Positions 24,170 through 36,215 of a stretch of DNA of 64,000 nucleotides are shown one piece after another. The first letter of the stretch is position 1, and every line of letters starts with the position of its first letter. The stretch is taken from positions 5,518,001 through 5,582,000 of the forward strand of contig CATNEN010000024.1 in the NCBI GenBank assembly GCA_950097015.1, in the 5' to 3' direction. The position numbers and the translations under genes were made by a program. The stretch is from Macrostomum hystrix. Taxonomy: Eukaryota > Animalia > Platyhelminthes. The notes below the pieces were generated by a model that saw only the letters and a list, made by a program, of their open reading frames with translations, was not told where the DNA came from and ran no database searches.

Positions 24170-25555
24170 GATCCGTGAATGGTCTAGAGCCTCACTAAGA
24201 TATCCGTGAATGGTCTAGAACCTCACTAAGATATCCGTGAATGGTCTAGAACCTCACTAAGATATCCGTGAATGGTCTAGAACCTCACTAAGATATCCGT
24301 GAATGGTCTAGAACCTCACTAAGATATCCGTGAATGGTCTAGAGCCTCACTAAGATATCCGTGAATGGTCTAGAACCTCACTAAGATATCCGTGAATGGT
24401 CTAGAACCTCACTAAGATATCCGTGAATGGTCTAGAACCTCACTAAGATATCCGTGAATGGTCTAGAGCCTCACTAAGATATCCGTGAATGGTCTAGAAC
24501 CTCACTAAGATATCCGTGAATGGTCTAGAACCTCACTAAGATATCCGTGAATGGTCTAGAACCTCACTAAGATATCCTTGAATGGTCTAGAACCTCACTA
24601 AGATATCCGTGAATGGTCTAGAACCTCACTAAGATATCCGTGAATGGTCTAGAACCTCACTAAGATATCCGTGAATGGTCTAGAACCTCACTAAGATATC
24701 CGTGAATGGTCTAGAGCCTCACTAAGATATCCGTGAATGGTCTAGAACCTCACTAAGATATCCGTGAATGGTCTAGAACCTCACTAAGATATCCGTGAAT
24801 GGTCTAGAACCTCACTAAGATATCCGTGAATGGTCTAGAACCTCACTAAGATATCCGTGAATGGTCTAGAACCTCATTAAGATATCCGTGAATGGTCTAG
24901 AACCTCACTAAGATATCCGTGAATGGTCTAGAACCTCACTAAGATATTCGTGAATGGTCTAGAACCTCACTAAGATATCTGTGACAGGTCTTTTTAGTGA
25001 GGTTCTGAGAGTCTAGAACCTCACTAAGATATCTGTGACAGGTCTAGAACCTCACTAAGATATCCGTGAATGGTCTAGAACCTCACTAAGATATCCGTGA
25101 ATGGTCTAGAACCTCACTAAGATATCCGTGAATGGTCTAGAGCCTCACTAAGATATCCGTGAATGGTCTAGAGCCTCACTAAGATATCTGTGACAGGTCT
25201 AGAACCTCACTAAGATATCTGTGACAGGTCTAGAACCTCACTAAGATATCTGTGACAGGTCTAGAACCTCACTAAGATATCAGTGAATTGTCTAGAACCT
25301 CACTAAGATATCCGTGAATTGTCTAGAACCTCACTAAGATATCCGTGAATGGTCTAGAACCTCACTAAGATATCTGTGAATTGTCTAGAACCTCACTAAG
25401 ATATCCGTGAATGGTCTAGAACCTCACTAAGATATCTGTGACAGGTCTAGAACCTCACTAAGATATCCGTGAATGGTCTAGAACCTCACTAAGATATCTG
25501 TGACAGGTCTAGAACCTCACTAAGATATCCGTGAATGGTCTAGAACCTCACTAGG
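24170..25555. repeat. 31-bp minisatellite (GTGAATGGTCTAGAACCTCACTAAGATATCC), about 110 bp past the ACAP stop
   Basis: Direct reading, about 44 near-identical units. Confidence 0.95.
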
Positions 25556-25664
25556 ACGTTAGTTAATGGTGGAGAAAAAGACTCAAGGGTCCACAAGTTC
25601 CCACATAACAATCTATAAGCGCCACTATCTATCGCTGGTGTTAATAAGCAGAGAAGCAGCAGAT

Positions 25665-28600
25665 TCACGACTGGGTAGAAGCGGTGCTTGACTCACTGCC
25701 AGTCGCAGCAGCCTCAGCGGAAGCAGACGCCGCAGTAAATGCTGGCGCAAAAGCAGAGGCTGCAGTCAGGGCGGCGGCGTCTTTGAAAATCTCTTCAAAT
25801 TCCAGCTGAAAGAAGTCGTGAAACACTTCGTGGCACATTTGTAAATCTTCACCACCGCCTCCGCCGCCGCCTCCGTTGTAGGCCTCGGCAGCGCCGAGCT
25901 CATTCAGCTGGGCCAAGCGAAGCAGTGTGACGGAGTCGGCGTTCGCCGATCGCATCGCCAGATCGAATGCGGTGTCGCCGGCGGCGTCTGACAGGCGCTG
26001 ACTAGCACGACGCCGGAGTAGGTGAAAGACGCAGCGTGTCAGCTGCAGGTCGCAAGCGTGATGCAGCGCCGTTCTGCCATCGGCGTCCGGAAGGTCGATT
26101 TTCGCGCCGTTCAACAGCAGCAGCTCGCAGCCGGCCACGCTGCCGGCCCGGGCGCAGCAGATCAACGGCGTGCTGCCTGACCTGGCTGCATCCAGTCGGT
26201 TCGGGTCGGCACCGTTGGCCAGAGCGGCCAGCATGCCGGACAGGTTGGCGTTGGCAGCCGCCGCGGCGGACAGGGCAGCATCCGGCTCCAGGCCGTCCGG
26301 CAGGGGGCGAACATAGTGACGGCGGAGCCATTTGTCCAATATGTACTCTTTTCGGCGGGCCGGATCCACCGCCGGACCCAACCGAGGCTGGTCCAAGGGC
26401 CGGCTGTGCTCCTGGATGGCGTTCACCTGCATGGCAGGACAGGGAAGCTGGGATCTGGGATTTGGATGCCAATCAAGCTTTTGGGGTATCTGGGATGGGG
26501 ATAATAAAAAATATTTATGATATGGGATGTGAAATATAAACAAGCCTGGATTTCAGGGATAATAATAATAACAATCGCAGGAGGGTTGTGGGCAATGTCT
26601 GACACTAGACTCACACAGGTGTGTACATCTGCCCAGATTTTTTCTTCGTCAGGCAGTGTAAACTTTCACTGTACCTTGGAGGATCGAGCTCAGGGACTTC
26701 GGTGCGAGAGGCAAACGCATTAACCGCTCTGCCTCGAATCAGGGATAGGGATCACAAACAAGCCTGGGGATCTAGAACCCTGGTTAGGCTGTGCAATGCA
26801 AAGAAAGCTGGATCAAAGTCAGCTGGGCAAAAAGTGTCACCTTCGCATTGCCCAGCGCCAGCATGAGTCGCAGAGTGAAGGGCTCCCAGGTGTCCAGCGT
26901 CAACGATTTCACTTTGGAGACGTGAACGCCCAGCGATCTGTGCACGCCGGAGCAGTCGATGCAGACGAGGATGCCACGATTGACGCAGGACCAGCGCGGC
27001 TTGTCGGCGCCGCAGTCGCAGCAGACGGAGTTGCCGGGCACAGACTGGATGAGGCGCACAGCCTCCTGACGCTGCGCTTCTAACTGGCCGGCTCGCTCGG
27101 CTGCGGCTCCGGCCGCATCAAAAGCGGAGGCCTGCGGAGCAGACGAAAGCGCCCCCGCCGACGCCGCGGCAGCAGACGAAGCCGATGTGTTAGCCGTGGA
27201 GTTAGACGATGCCGAATCATGATTGAGACCGTCTGCCGCTGAGGCGCCAGTCGTACTGGCGGAGGTCAGCGTGTTCGAGCGGTGATGCTGCCAGCCGCTC
27301 TGCAAGGCGGTGCACCACAACAGCAGGTCGCTCTGGCTCTCAGCCTGCAACAGGTGCGTGCGCTCCGGAGCTATCAGCTCAAGAACGTAGCGCCTATCGT
27401 CTTGGGGACGCATCTTGGCTGTACAAATGCGCAGATCGTCCTCCAGGCACGTGACATCGGCGGCCTCAGTCTTCTTGCAGTAATAGAGCCGATTGTCTTT
27501 GATGAAGAACCAGCGCCGGACCCAGGGCTTGAACTTTTTGTGCGCCTTTCGAAATAGATAGCCCTCCAGGTTGCGCCCGGTAGGTGACGAAGGTGCCTCC
27601 TAGCGAATCGAAATTTAAGCCTCAATTCGATCATTCAATCGTTTCGCTTCAGCACCAGAGATCGATACCGATATTTTGTTTGCTGACTCTATTACTGATC
27701 AGACAGGTGGCAAGTAGGCAATAGCGGACATGACTGACGGTCGCTTCTGGCGATTTTGTCATTTTCAACTATCTCATCTCATCTAATCTGACGGGTGTCT
27801 CATCTCACCCGAGTCTCATCTAATCCGTTTCTCATCTCATCCGTTTCTCATCTCACCCGTGTCTCATCTCACCAGAGTCTCATCTGCCATAACTCCACCG
27901 TTTCATCTCTCTCGCTAGGAAAATTTTTGGCTAGCGACCCCAGTCCCAGCGCATTCAGTTAACAAAACTGCACTTGTCGGCACGCAGATCGATTCCAGCT
28001 GATAAAAACTAGGCTTAAAACCTATCTCGTAAACACACAGCCGTAGTCAGTTACATAGCACTGTGGCTTATTATCTATCAGCCTAGCCCTAGCTGTGCCC
28101 ACCATATTTGGCTTAAATTTTGGCAGCCAATTTGCTTCCGGGCGTACAAAACTTGAAACTGATATAATAAATAGACTTTAAAATAAATTAAGAAAATGGA
28201 GCTTTAGAACTTTTTACGATATTTGTCAAATTGTCAAAGTTAGTGCTTGCTATTTACCCTGTTACGAGTAATGGGCCGCATTAGTAGCCATATTTAAATC
28301 TTTCTTTATCTATCTGTGTGAGTACGTTGGTTAAATTTATCAATATCTGCTCAAACTGAAGCTTCGTACATGGAGCTCTAGATGTAGAGTCCGGAGAGTC
28401 AAGTTCCTCCCTGCTAAACCTCCTTTTTTCCAGTATTCCTTTAAGCACAGTTCACTAGCTGAATCAGACTATTAAGCTAATCCGGAAAATGGGGCTTTGG
28501 CTGGGAGTTGTCGCTCCTGTTTCTACATTCAGAGCGCCATGGCACAAACTACCTGACGGTCTGAGAAGGTGTGATGGTCTGGGAAGGTGTGATGGTCTGA

Positions 28601-31600
28601 GAAGGTGTGATGGTCTGAGAAGGTGTGATGGTCTGAGAAGGTGTGATGGTCTGAGAAGGTGTGATGGTCTGAGAAGGTGTGATGGTCTGAGAAGGTGTGA
28701 TGGTCTGAGAAGGTGTGATGGTCTGAGAAGGTGTGATGGTCTGGGAAGGTGTGATGGTCTGAGAAGGTGGAGACTCAACCTGACACTCTGAGAAGGTGTG
28801 ATGGTCTGAGAAGGTGTGATGGGCTGGGAAGGTGTGATGGTCTGGGAAGGTGTGATGGTCTGGGAAGGTGGAGACTCAACCTGACACTCTGAGAAGGTGT
28901 GATGGTCTGAGAAGGTGTGATGGTCTGGGAAGGTGTGATGGTCTGGGAAGGTGGAGACTCAACCTGACACTCTGAGAAGGTGTGATGGTCTGAGAAGGTG
29001 TGATGGTCTGAGAAGGTGTGATGGTCTGAGAAGGTGTGATGGTCTGAGAAGTTGTGATGGTCTGGGAAGGTGTGATGGTCTGAGAAGGTGTGATGGTCTG
29101 GGAAGGTGTGATGGTCTGAGAAGGTGTGATGGTCTGGGAAGGTGTGATGGTCTGAGAAGGTGTGATGGTCTGGGAAGGTGGAGACTCAACCTGACACTCT
29201 GAGAAGGTGTGATGGTCTGAGAAGGTGTGATGGTCTGAGAAGGTGTGATGGTCTGAGAAGGTGTGATGGTCTGAGAAGGTGTGATGGTCTGAGAAGGTGT
29301 GATGGTCTGAGAAGGTGTGATGGTCTGAGAAGGTGTGATGGTCTGGGAAGGTGTGATGGTCTGAGAAGGTGTGATGGTCTGAGAAGGTGTGATGGTCTGG
29401 GAAGGTGTGATGGTCTGAGAAGGTGTGATGGTCTGAGAAGGTGTGATGGTCTGAGAAGGTGTGATGGTCTGGGAAGGTGTGATGGTCTGAGAAGGTGTGA
29501 TGGTCTGGGAAGGTGTGATGGTTTGAGAAGGTGTGATGGTCTGAGAAGGTGTGATGGTCTGAGAAGGTGTGATGGTCTGAGAAGGTGTGATGGTCTGGGA
29601 AGGTGTGATGGTCTGGGAAGGTGTGATGGTCTGGGAAGGTGGAGACTCAACCTGACACTCTGAGAAGGTGTGATGGTCTGAGAAGGTGTGATGGTCTGGG
29701 AAGGTGTGATGGTTTGAGAAGGTGTGATGGTCTGAGAAGGTGTGATGGTCTGAGAAGGTGTGATGGTCTGGGAAGGTGTGATGGTCTGAGAAGGTGTGAT
29801 GGTTTGAGAAGGTGTGATGGTCTGAGAAGGTGTGATGGTCTGAGAAGGTGTGATGGTCTGGGAAGGTGTGATGGTCTGAGAAGGTGTGATGGTCTGAGAA
29901 GGTGTGATGGTCTGAGAAGGTGTGATGGTCTGGGAAGGTGTGATGGTCTGAGAAGGTGTGATGGTTTGAGAAGGTGTGATGGTCTGAGAAGGTGTGATGA
30001 TCTGAGAAGGTGTGATGGTCTGGGAAGGTGTGATGGTCTGAGAAGGTGTGATGGTCTGAGAAGGTGTGATGGTCTGAGAAGGTGTGATGGTCTGGGAAGG
30101 TGTGATGGTCTGAGAAGGTGTGATGGTCTGAGAAGGTGTGATGGTCTGAGAAGGTGTGATGGTCTGGGAAGGTGTGATGGTCTGGGAAGGTGTGATGGTC
30201 TGGGAAGGTGTGATGGTCGGAGGTGTGATGGTCAGAGATCAACGATTGATTGATACTTGACAAAATATAGCACTAAAATAATGACAGATTTTCTAGATAT
30301 TAGCTGATTGAAAACGTAATTAAAATTAGCAAGTGGTTGATGCCAAAACGCAAGATAGTTAAGATTGTACAAAAAATGGCAACGGAAAATGTCACGAAAG
30401 AGCAACCACAATCAATCAAAGTAAGCTAGATTTCGAATCAATCGTATTAATTAAAAAATTGCCTCGCAATTCAGTAAATTTAAAGGCAAATGTATATTAG
30501 AACATAATAATCAATAATGAGGTTTAAGAGGCTCATAAGATTGTAATGAATTAAATTTGAAATCTATAGCTTTCGTTTAAAACGCTATTATTGATCCGAC
30601 CGATGACTGACAAGTTACTTACGCACTGTCGCCTCTAAAATTCGTGATAATTTCGTGCGAAAATGAAGATGGATAGATATATAAACTGCATCTAACCAGT
30701 TTGGGGTTCCAGCAAATATTCCAGCAGAAATTCTACGGCGCTTCAAAGACTGTGTACAACTGTTCAGTCCATGGACTGGGGAGGCCGCCTCACCCACCCA
30801 AATTTGCAGCTGTGTGAAATGAAGCACTACAGGTTTAAGTGTCGTGCTCGAGGACACAGGTTTTTTCTCTTTGACTGAGATTAGAACTCCTGACCTCTCC
30901 ATAAGAAGTCCATACCTCAAACCGCTAAGCTCCAAGTTCCCAAGCCAGTGTCCCATGCTCCCAGCTCACCTGTCGGAGCAATTCGTGTCGGGTCTCCATC
31001 CGGCGCAGCTCGGCATCGGTCTGGGCGCGCACGTCGCTCATCTGTTGCCGCACGAACTCCATCCAAGGATTGGTGTCGTTGAGAAAGGCCGATGAATTAG
31101 TTACGCAAGCTTTGTATCGATCTACTAGGCGGGTCAGACAGTCCAGTAGGTTCACATTCTTGCGCACCTGGTCGGGTGAGAATGCAGCAACAGATGGATT
31201 GTTGGGGGAAATAAAAAACAGGTGGAACATTGGGGTGGGAATATAAACGGCTGGTGGAGGATTGGGGTACGGAAATAAACAACTGGTGGAAGATTGGGGT
31301 GGGGATATAAACAACTGGTGGAAGATTCGGGTGGGGAATTAAACAACTGGTGGAAGATTCGGGTGAGGAATTAAACAACTGGTGGAAGATTCGGGTGGGG
31401 ATATAAACAACTGGTGGAAGATTCGGGTGGGGATATAAACAACTGGTGGAAGATTCGGGTGGTGATATAAACAACTGGTGGAAGATTCGGGTGGGGATAT
31501 AAACAACTGGTGGAAGATTCGGGTGGGGATATAAACAACTGGTGGAAGATTCGGGTGGGGAATTAAACAACTGGTGGAAGATTGGGGTGGGGATATAAAC

Positions 31601-34319
31601 AACTGGTGGAAGATTCGGGTGGGGATATAAACAACTGGTGGAAGATTCGGGTGGGGATATAAACAACTGGTGGAAGATTCGGGTGGGGAATTAAACAACT
31701 GGTGGAAGATTCGGGTGGGGATATAAACAACTGGTGGAAGATTCGGGTGGTGATATAAACAACTGGTGGAAGATTCGGGTGGGGATATAAACAACTGGTG
31801 GAAGATTCGGGTGGGGATATAAACAACTGGTGGAAGATTCGGGTGGGGATATAAACAACTGGTGAAAGATTGGGGTGGGGATATAAACAACTGGTGGAAG
31901 ATTCGGGTGGGGCATTAAGCAACTGGTGGAAGATTCGGGAGGGGATAAAAACAACTGGTGGAAGATTCGGGTGGTGATATAAACAACTGGTGGAAGATTC
32001 GGGTGGGGATATAAACAACTGGTGGAAGATTCGGGTGGTGATATAAACAACTGGTGGAAGATTCGGGTGGGGATATAAACAACTGGTGGAAGATTCGGGT
32101 GGTGATATAAACAACTGGTGGAAGATTCGGGTGGGGATGGGGATATAAACAACTGGTGGAAGATTCGGGTGGGGATATAAACAACTGGTGGAAGATTGGG
32201 GTGGGGATATAAACAACTGGTGGAAGATTCGGGTGGGGAATTAAACAACTGGTGGAAGATTCGGGTGGGGATATAAACAACTGGTGGAAGATTGGGGTGG
32301 GGATATAAACAACTGGTGGAAGATTCGGGTGGGGAATTAAACAACTGGTGGAAGATACGGGTGGGGATATAAACAACTGGTAAACGATTAGGGTGGGAAT
32401 ATAAGTAACTGACTGTAGTTCAAGTGAACATTGTTACCAAAACTTATAATGAATAGGGGTAACCGAAGCACAATCTGAGCCGCACCTTCAACTCCTTCAA
32501 CGCGTGCAAGTAGTCCAGGCTGGCGATGCAGTACTGGTTGCGATGCAGCTGGGCCAGGTTATCCAAGTCGGCTTCGACTCGAGTCTTGGACTGTCCCAAA
32601 CTCTTGGCCAGGGAAGCCTCGTAGTCGTCGCTGGCTTTCTCGAAGGCTTTGGCCAAATCGTTAAGCGGATGCAGAGAGGTGTTGATGAAGGTGCACATGC
32701 GGCTCTGCGTATCGCGGACCGACGCCACTAGGTCCTGATTGGACATTGTAGGGAATCTTTGCTTAGGTCTAAACTTTTGCTTGACCCAATCTAGAAGTCG
32801 AAGAAAAGTATCGACCCAATCTAGGAATCGTAGAATAATATCGACCAATTCTAGAAATCGAAGAAAGTATCGACCCAATCTAGGAACCGAATAATAGTAT
32901 CGACACAATCTAGGAACTGAAGAATAGTATCAACCCAATCTAGGAATCGTAGAATAGTATCGACCAATTCTGGAAATCGAAGAAAGTATCGACCCAATCT
33001 AGGAATCGTAGAATAGTATCGACCCAATCTAATAATCGAAGAATAGTATTGACCCAATCTAGGAATCGAGGAGTATCGACCCAATCTAGGAATCAAGGAG
33101 TATCGACCCAATATAGGAATCGTAGAATAGTATCGACCCTATATAGGAAACGTAGAATAGTATCGACCCAATGTAGAAATCGAAGAACAGTATCGACTCG
33201 GACTAGGAATCGTAGAATAGTATCGACCCGGACTAGAAATCGTAGAATGGTATCGACCCAATCTAGAAATCGAAGAGTAGTATCGATTCGGACTAGGAAT
33301 CGTAGAATAGTATCGACCCGGACTAGAAATCGTAGAATGGTATCGACCCAATCTAGAAATCGAAGAGTAGTATCGACTCGGACTATGAATCGTAGAATAG
33401 TATCGATTCGGACTAGGAATCGTAGAATAGTATCGACTCGGACTAGGAATCGTAGAATAGTATCGACCCGGACTAGAAATCGTAGAATGGTATCGACCCA
33501 ATCTAGAAATCGAAGAGTAGTATCGATTCGGACTAGGAATCGTAGAATAGTATCGACCCGGACTAGAAATCGTAGAATGGTATCGACCCAATCTAGAAAT
33601 CGAAGAGTAGTATCGATTCGGACTAGGAATCGTAGAATAGTATCGACCCGGACTAGAAATCGTAGAATGGTATCGACCCAATCTAGAAATCGAAGAGTAG
33701 TATCGACTCGGACTATGAATCGTAGAATAGTATCGATTCGGACTAGGAATCGTAGAATAGTATCGACCCGGACTAGAAATCGTAGAATGGTATCGACCCA
33801 ATCTAGAAATCGAAGAGTAGTATCGATTCGGACTAGGAATCGTAGAATAGTATCGACCCGGACTAGAAATCGTAGAATGGTATCGATCCGGACTCAAGAT
33901 TCTTACGTTAGCTCGTATTATCGTATTATCGACTCAAGCTAACGATTTCAGGATAGTATCGAACCAAATCGTAGGATGCTTTCGATCATGACTTGATCTT
34001 GAGATTTCATACATTGAATGAATCACACCTGAAAGTCCTCCTGAAAGTGTTCAACAATCTTCACCAGCTTCTTGGACGAACTCGTGACCTTATCATTGTC
34101 AGCAAAAGACTCGGTGAGCTCAGTCAGACTGGAAGTTAGCAGACCGAGGGAGGCGGCGAACTGTCTGCCAGCATCACTGACAGAAGCCAGGATGGAGGCA
34201 GTCTTCTGATAGCGACACTTCAGCATGGCTACCTCCCTTTCACGGGCGGCGAGAGAGTCGCGAAACTGCGGCGTGTCCTTGATGCCAGCCTCGAATGTCA
34301 GGCTGTTAAGCACGTCCAT
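25665..34319 (-). CDS. ACAP: ACAP/centaurin-beta ArfGAP (BAR-PH-ArfGAP-ankyrin), 752 aa; exons 34319-34029, 32734-32486, 31167-30970, 27599-26841, 26426-25665
   Basis: BAR start ([10 protein letters not shown]), PH ([22 protein letters not shown]), ArfGAP zinc finger (CCDCG...W...[28 protein letters not shown]), ankyrin repeats (GRTALHHAC). All introns are phase 0 and the exons sum to 2259 nt. Confidence 0.93.
26608..26745 (-). mobile_element. tRNA-derived SINE, family 1, internally deleted copy in the last ACAP intron
   Basis: On the minus strand GGCAGAGCGGTTAATGCGTTTGCCTCTCGCACC (A box) joins directly to CTCCAAGGTACAG...CTGCCTGACG. Confidence 0.75.
28555..30235. repeat. 18-bp minisatellite (GAAGGTGTGATGGTCTGA) with five 29-bp interruptions, in ACAP intron 3
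   Basis: Direct reading; the interruption unit is GAAGGTGGAGACTCAACCTGACACTCTGA. Confidence 0.95.
30700..30932 (-). mobile_element. Diverged CORE-type tRNA SINE (family 2)
   Basis: Minus strand TGTGTCCTCGAGCACGACACTTAAAC and CCCCAGTCCATGGACTGAA are shared with the 57.2-57.5 kb copy. Confidence 0.6.
31230..32400. repeat. 32-bp minisatellite (GGGGATATAAACAACTGGTGGAAGATTCGGGT) in ACAP intron 2
   Basis: Direct reading. Confidence 0.95.
32780..33900. repeat. 30-bp minisatellite (GTATCGACCCGGACTAGAAATCGTAGAATA) with 90-bp higher-order structure, in ACAP intron 1
   Basis: Direct reading; three unit variants recur in fixed order in the right half. Confidence 0.93.
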
Positions 34320-36074
34320 GGTTTGAGTACTAACGTTAAGGCTATTTTTATATATTTATACTTAATTTGTCTGAGCACTTATTTACTTGGAGCCTAATTA
34401 AAAGCGAACATTTTTTTAATTGGCAAATTGGCACTGAAAAATCAATAGCATTTATATTTTATACTCGCCGAAGAATATGCAAATGTGGTCAGACAAGACA
34501 CAAAAATGGGTTAATCGCCTGCTTGGAAATTGAAAGCCAACTAATTAAGTAAAGTAGCAATTTAAAACTTGTCTATTATACTAATTAAAAAAACTAATTA
34601 AAGTCCCTAAAAAACAAAATTGCCTAAGCAGAACTTTTAGTATATGTGGACACTACATAAATTGGACCAGGAAAAACCTTGTGAAGCTAGCTATGCATGA
34701 AACATATAAATTAAGTAATAGTAAGTGGTTACTCTTACATCATTTTCTGCATTAAGTTATGCTGACTGCTAAGCATTAAATTTGTTTAGACTAAACAATA
34801 TAGATAGTTTTACTAAAATAAGCACATTTGTAATAGTATGAATAATCTTAGATGGATAGCCAGACTAATAGAGTATATATTGATATTTAGGCATACACAC
34901 GAGCTAAATCATAGCCAGAAATAATAAGAAATCGCCCTTAGCGACATGTGAGAGATGATACAGAGGAGAGATAAGACACAGGATAGATGTGACAGGGGAG
35001 AGGCAGTGGAAAGATGGACAAAATCATGTATATAATAACTAAACAGGCATTATGATACTCATATTTAATATTATTATCCTTGGGTTAAACAAGATAACCA
35101 TAGTTGACTTGACAATAAAAAGTGTGCCTGTGAAAAGAACTGCTTGATTTGATATTAATTAATAAACAACTGGAGCTGTAGGCTTAGTTGTGCCAAGTTG
35201 TTTAATCTAGAATTTCAATTAAAAAAAAAGTTTAGTTTCTTTCTAAATGATTACAATCAACAGAAAAATTAATACTTACATTTTTATTGTTTTTAAAATA
35301 GTTCCAAAAAGTATCTTACATTTAGCTTTACTTTTCATTGACAACACAACATAAAAGCAGTAGTCAAGAAGTTCAAGGTTTAAGAATTATAATTTTATGT
35401 TTTTGTACCTACTTTTTGCCCTATTTTATTTGGATACCATGCCATGACTCATTAATAAATGTCAAATACTTTAAGATACTTTTGATAGGTAACTTTTATA
35501 CTAGAAAAACTTTAAAACTATCTAGACTGAGTTTGAGTCTGAGTTTTCCTAGCTCAAATGGTTTGCACAAAAGCCTTTCTATAATTTTGATAACATGAGG
35601 TCAAATGCACATTGTGGGGTAAGGGTTTCTACCAGTCCCTAGCCTATTGGGGCAAGGGCTAAAGCCTTAAAATAGACATTATTTCATAGGAATTTTTTAA
35701 CAAAAAGACTTACTTAGACTATACAATATTGAAACTCTGAATTCCCTAGAGTGGTATCAGGGACCAAGCTCTAGCATAAAGAATTCAATCACTGATACAT
35801 GTGCATCAGTGTATGTTGTAACCCTTGTGGGGTGGTATGGGTGGTCTGTGAACCTGTTAAGTCCCAAAGACACAAACTAGCCATCTTGTTTAGGCCAAAT
35901 TGCACCTCTCTGAGTTAAATGTACATATGGCAATGTTCTACTTCTGTTCATTATATTATTTTTTGTTTGCAAACGATAGGTAACAACAAAAAACAAGTTT
36001 AATGGTAACAAAAAGTCAGTAGTTTGGTCAAACAGTTCTGAAAAGTCTTGGTCAGTCTTTCTTCTTTCAAACCG

Positions 36075-36215
36075 GGTAAGTGCCTAATCCAGTAGAGGAG
36101 GGCACCTAAGCTATTCTTGGGTCATAGACGGCGCCATAAGAATTCTTTGAGGTGGCTTTCAAATAGAGCAGCACTTGTGCCATGCATTTGACACAGCTTG
36201 GCCTCTGCGAAATCT
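36075..36215 (-). pseudogene. Relic of a Merlin-type transposase C-terminus
   Basis: Hand translation AKLCQMHGTSAALFESHLKEFLWRRL*PKNSLGALLYWI aligns with AKLRQGHGTSNGLFESHLQEFLWRRLYPNEHHFGNFLYWV of the 38.7 kb transposase. Confidence 0.8.

Noticed and set aside
28464-33942. Many long ORFs ([30 protein letters not shown])
   Set aside because: All derive from intronic minisatellites inside the ACAP gene.
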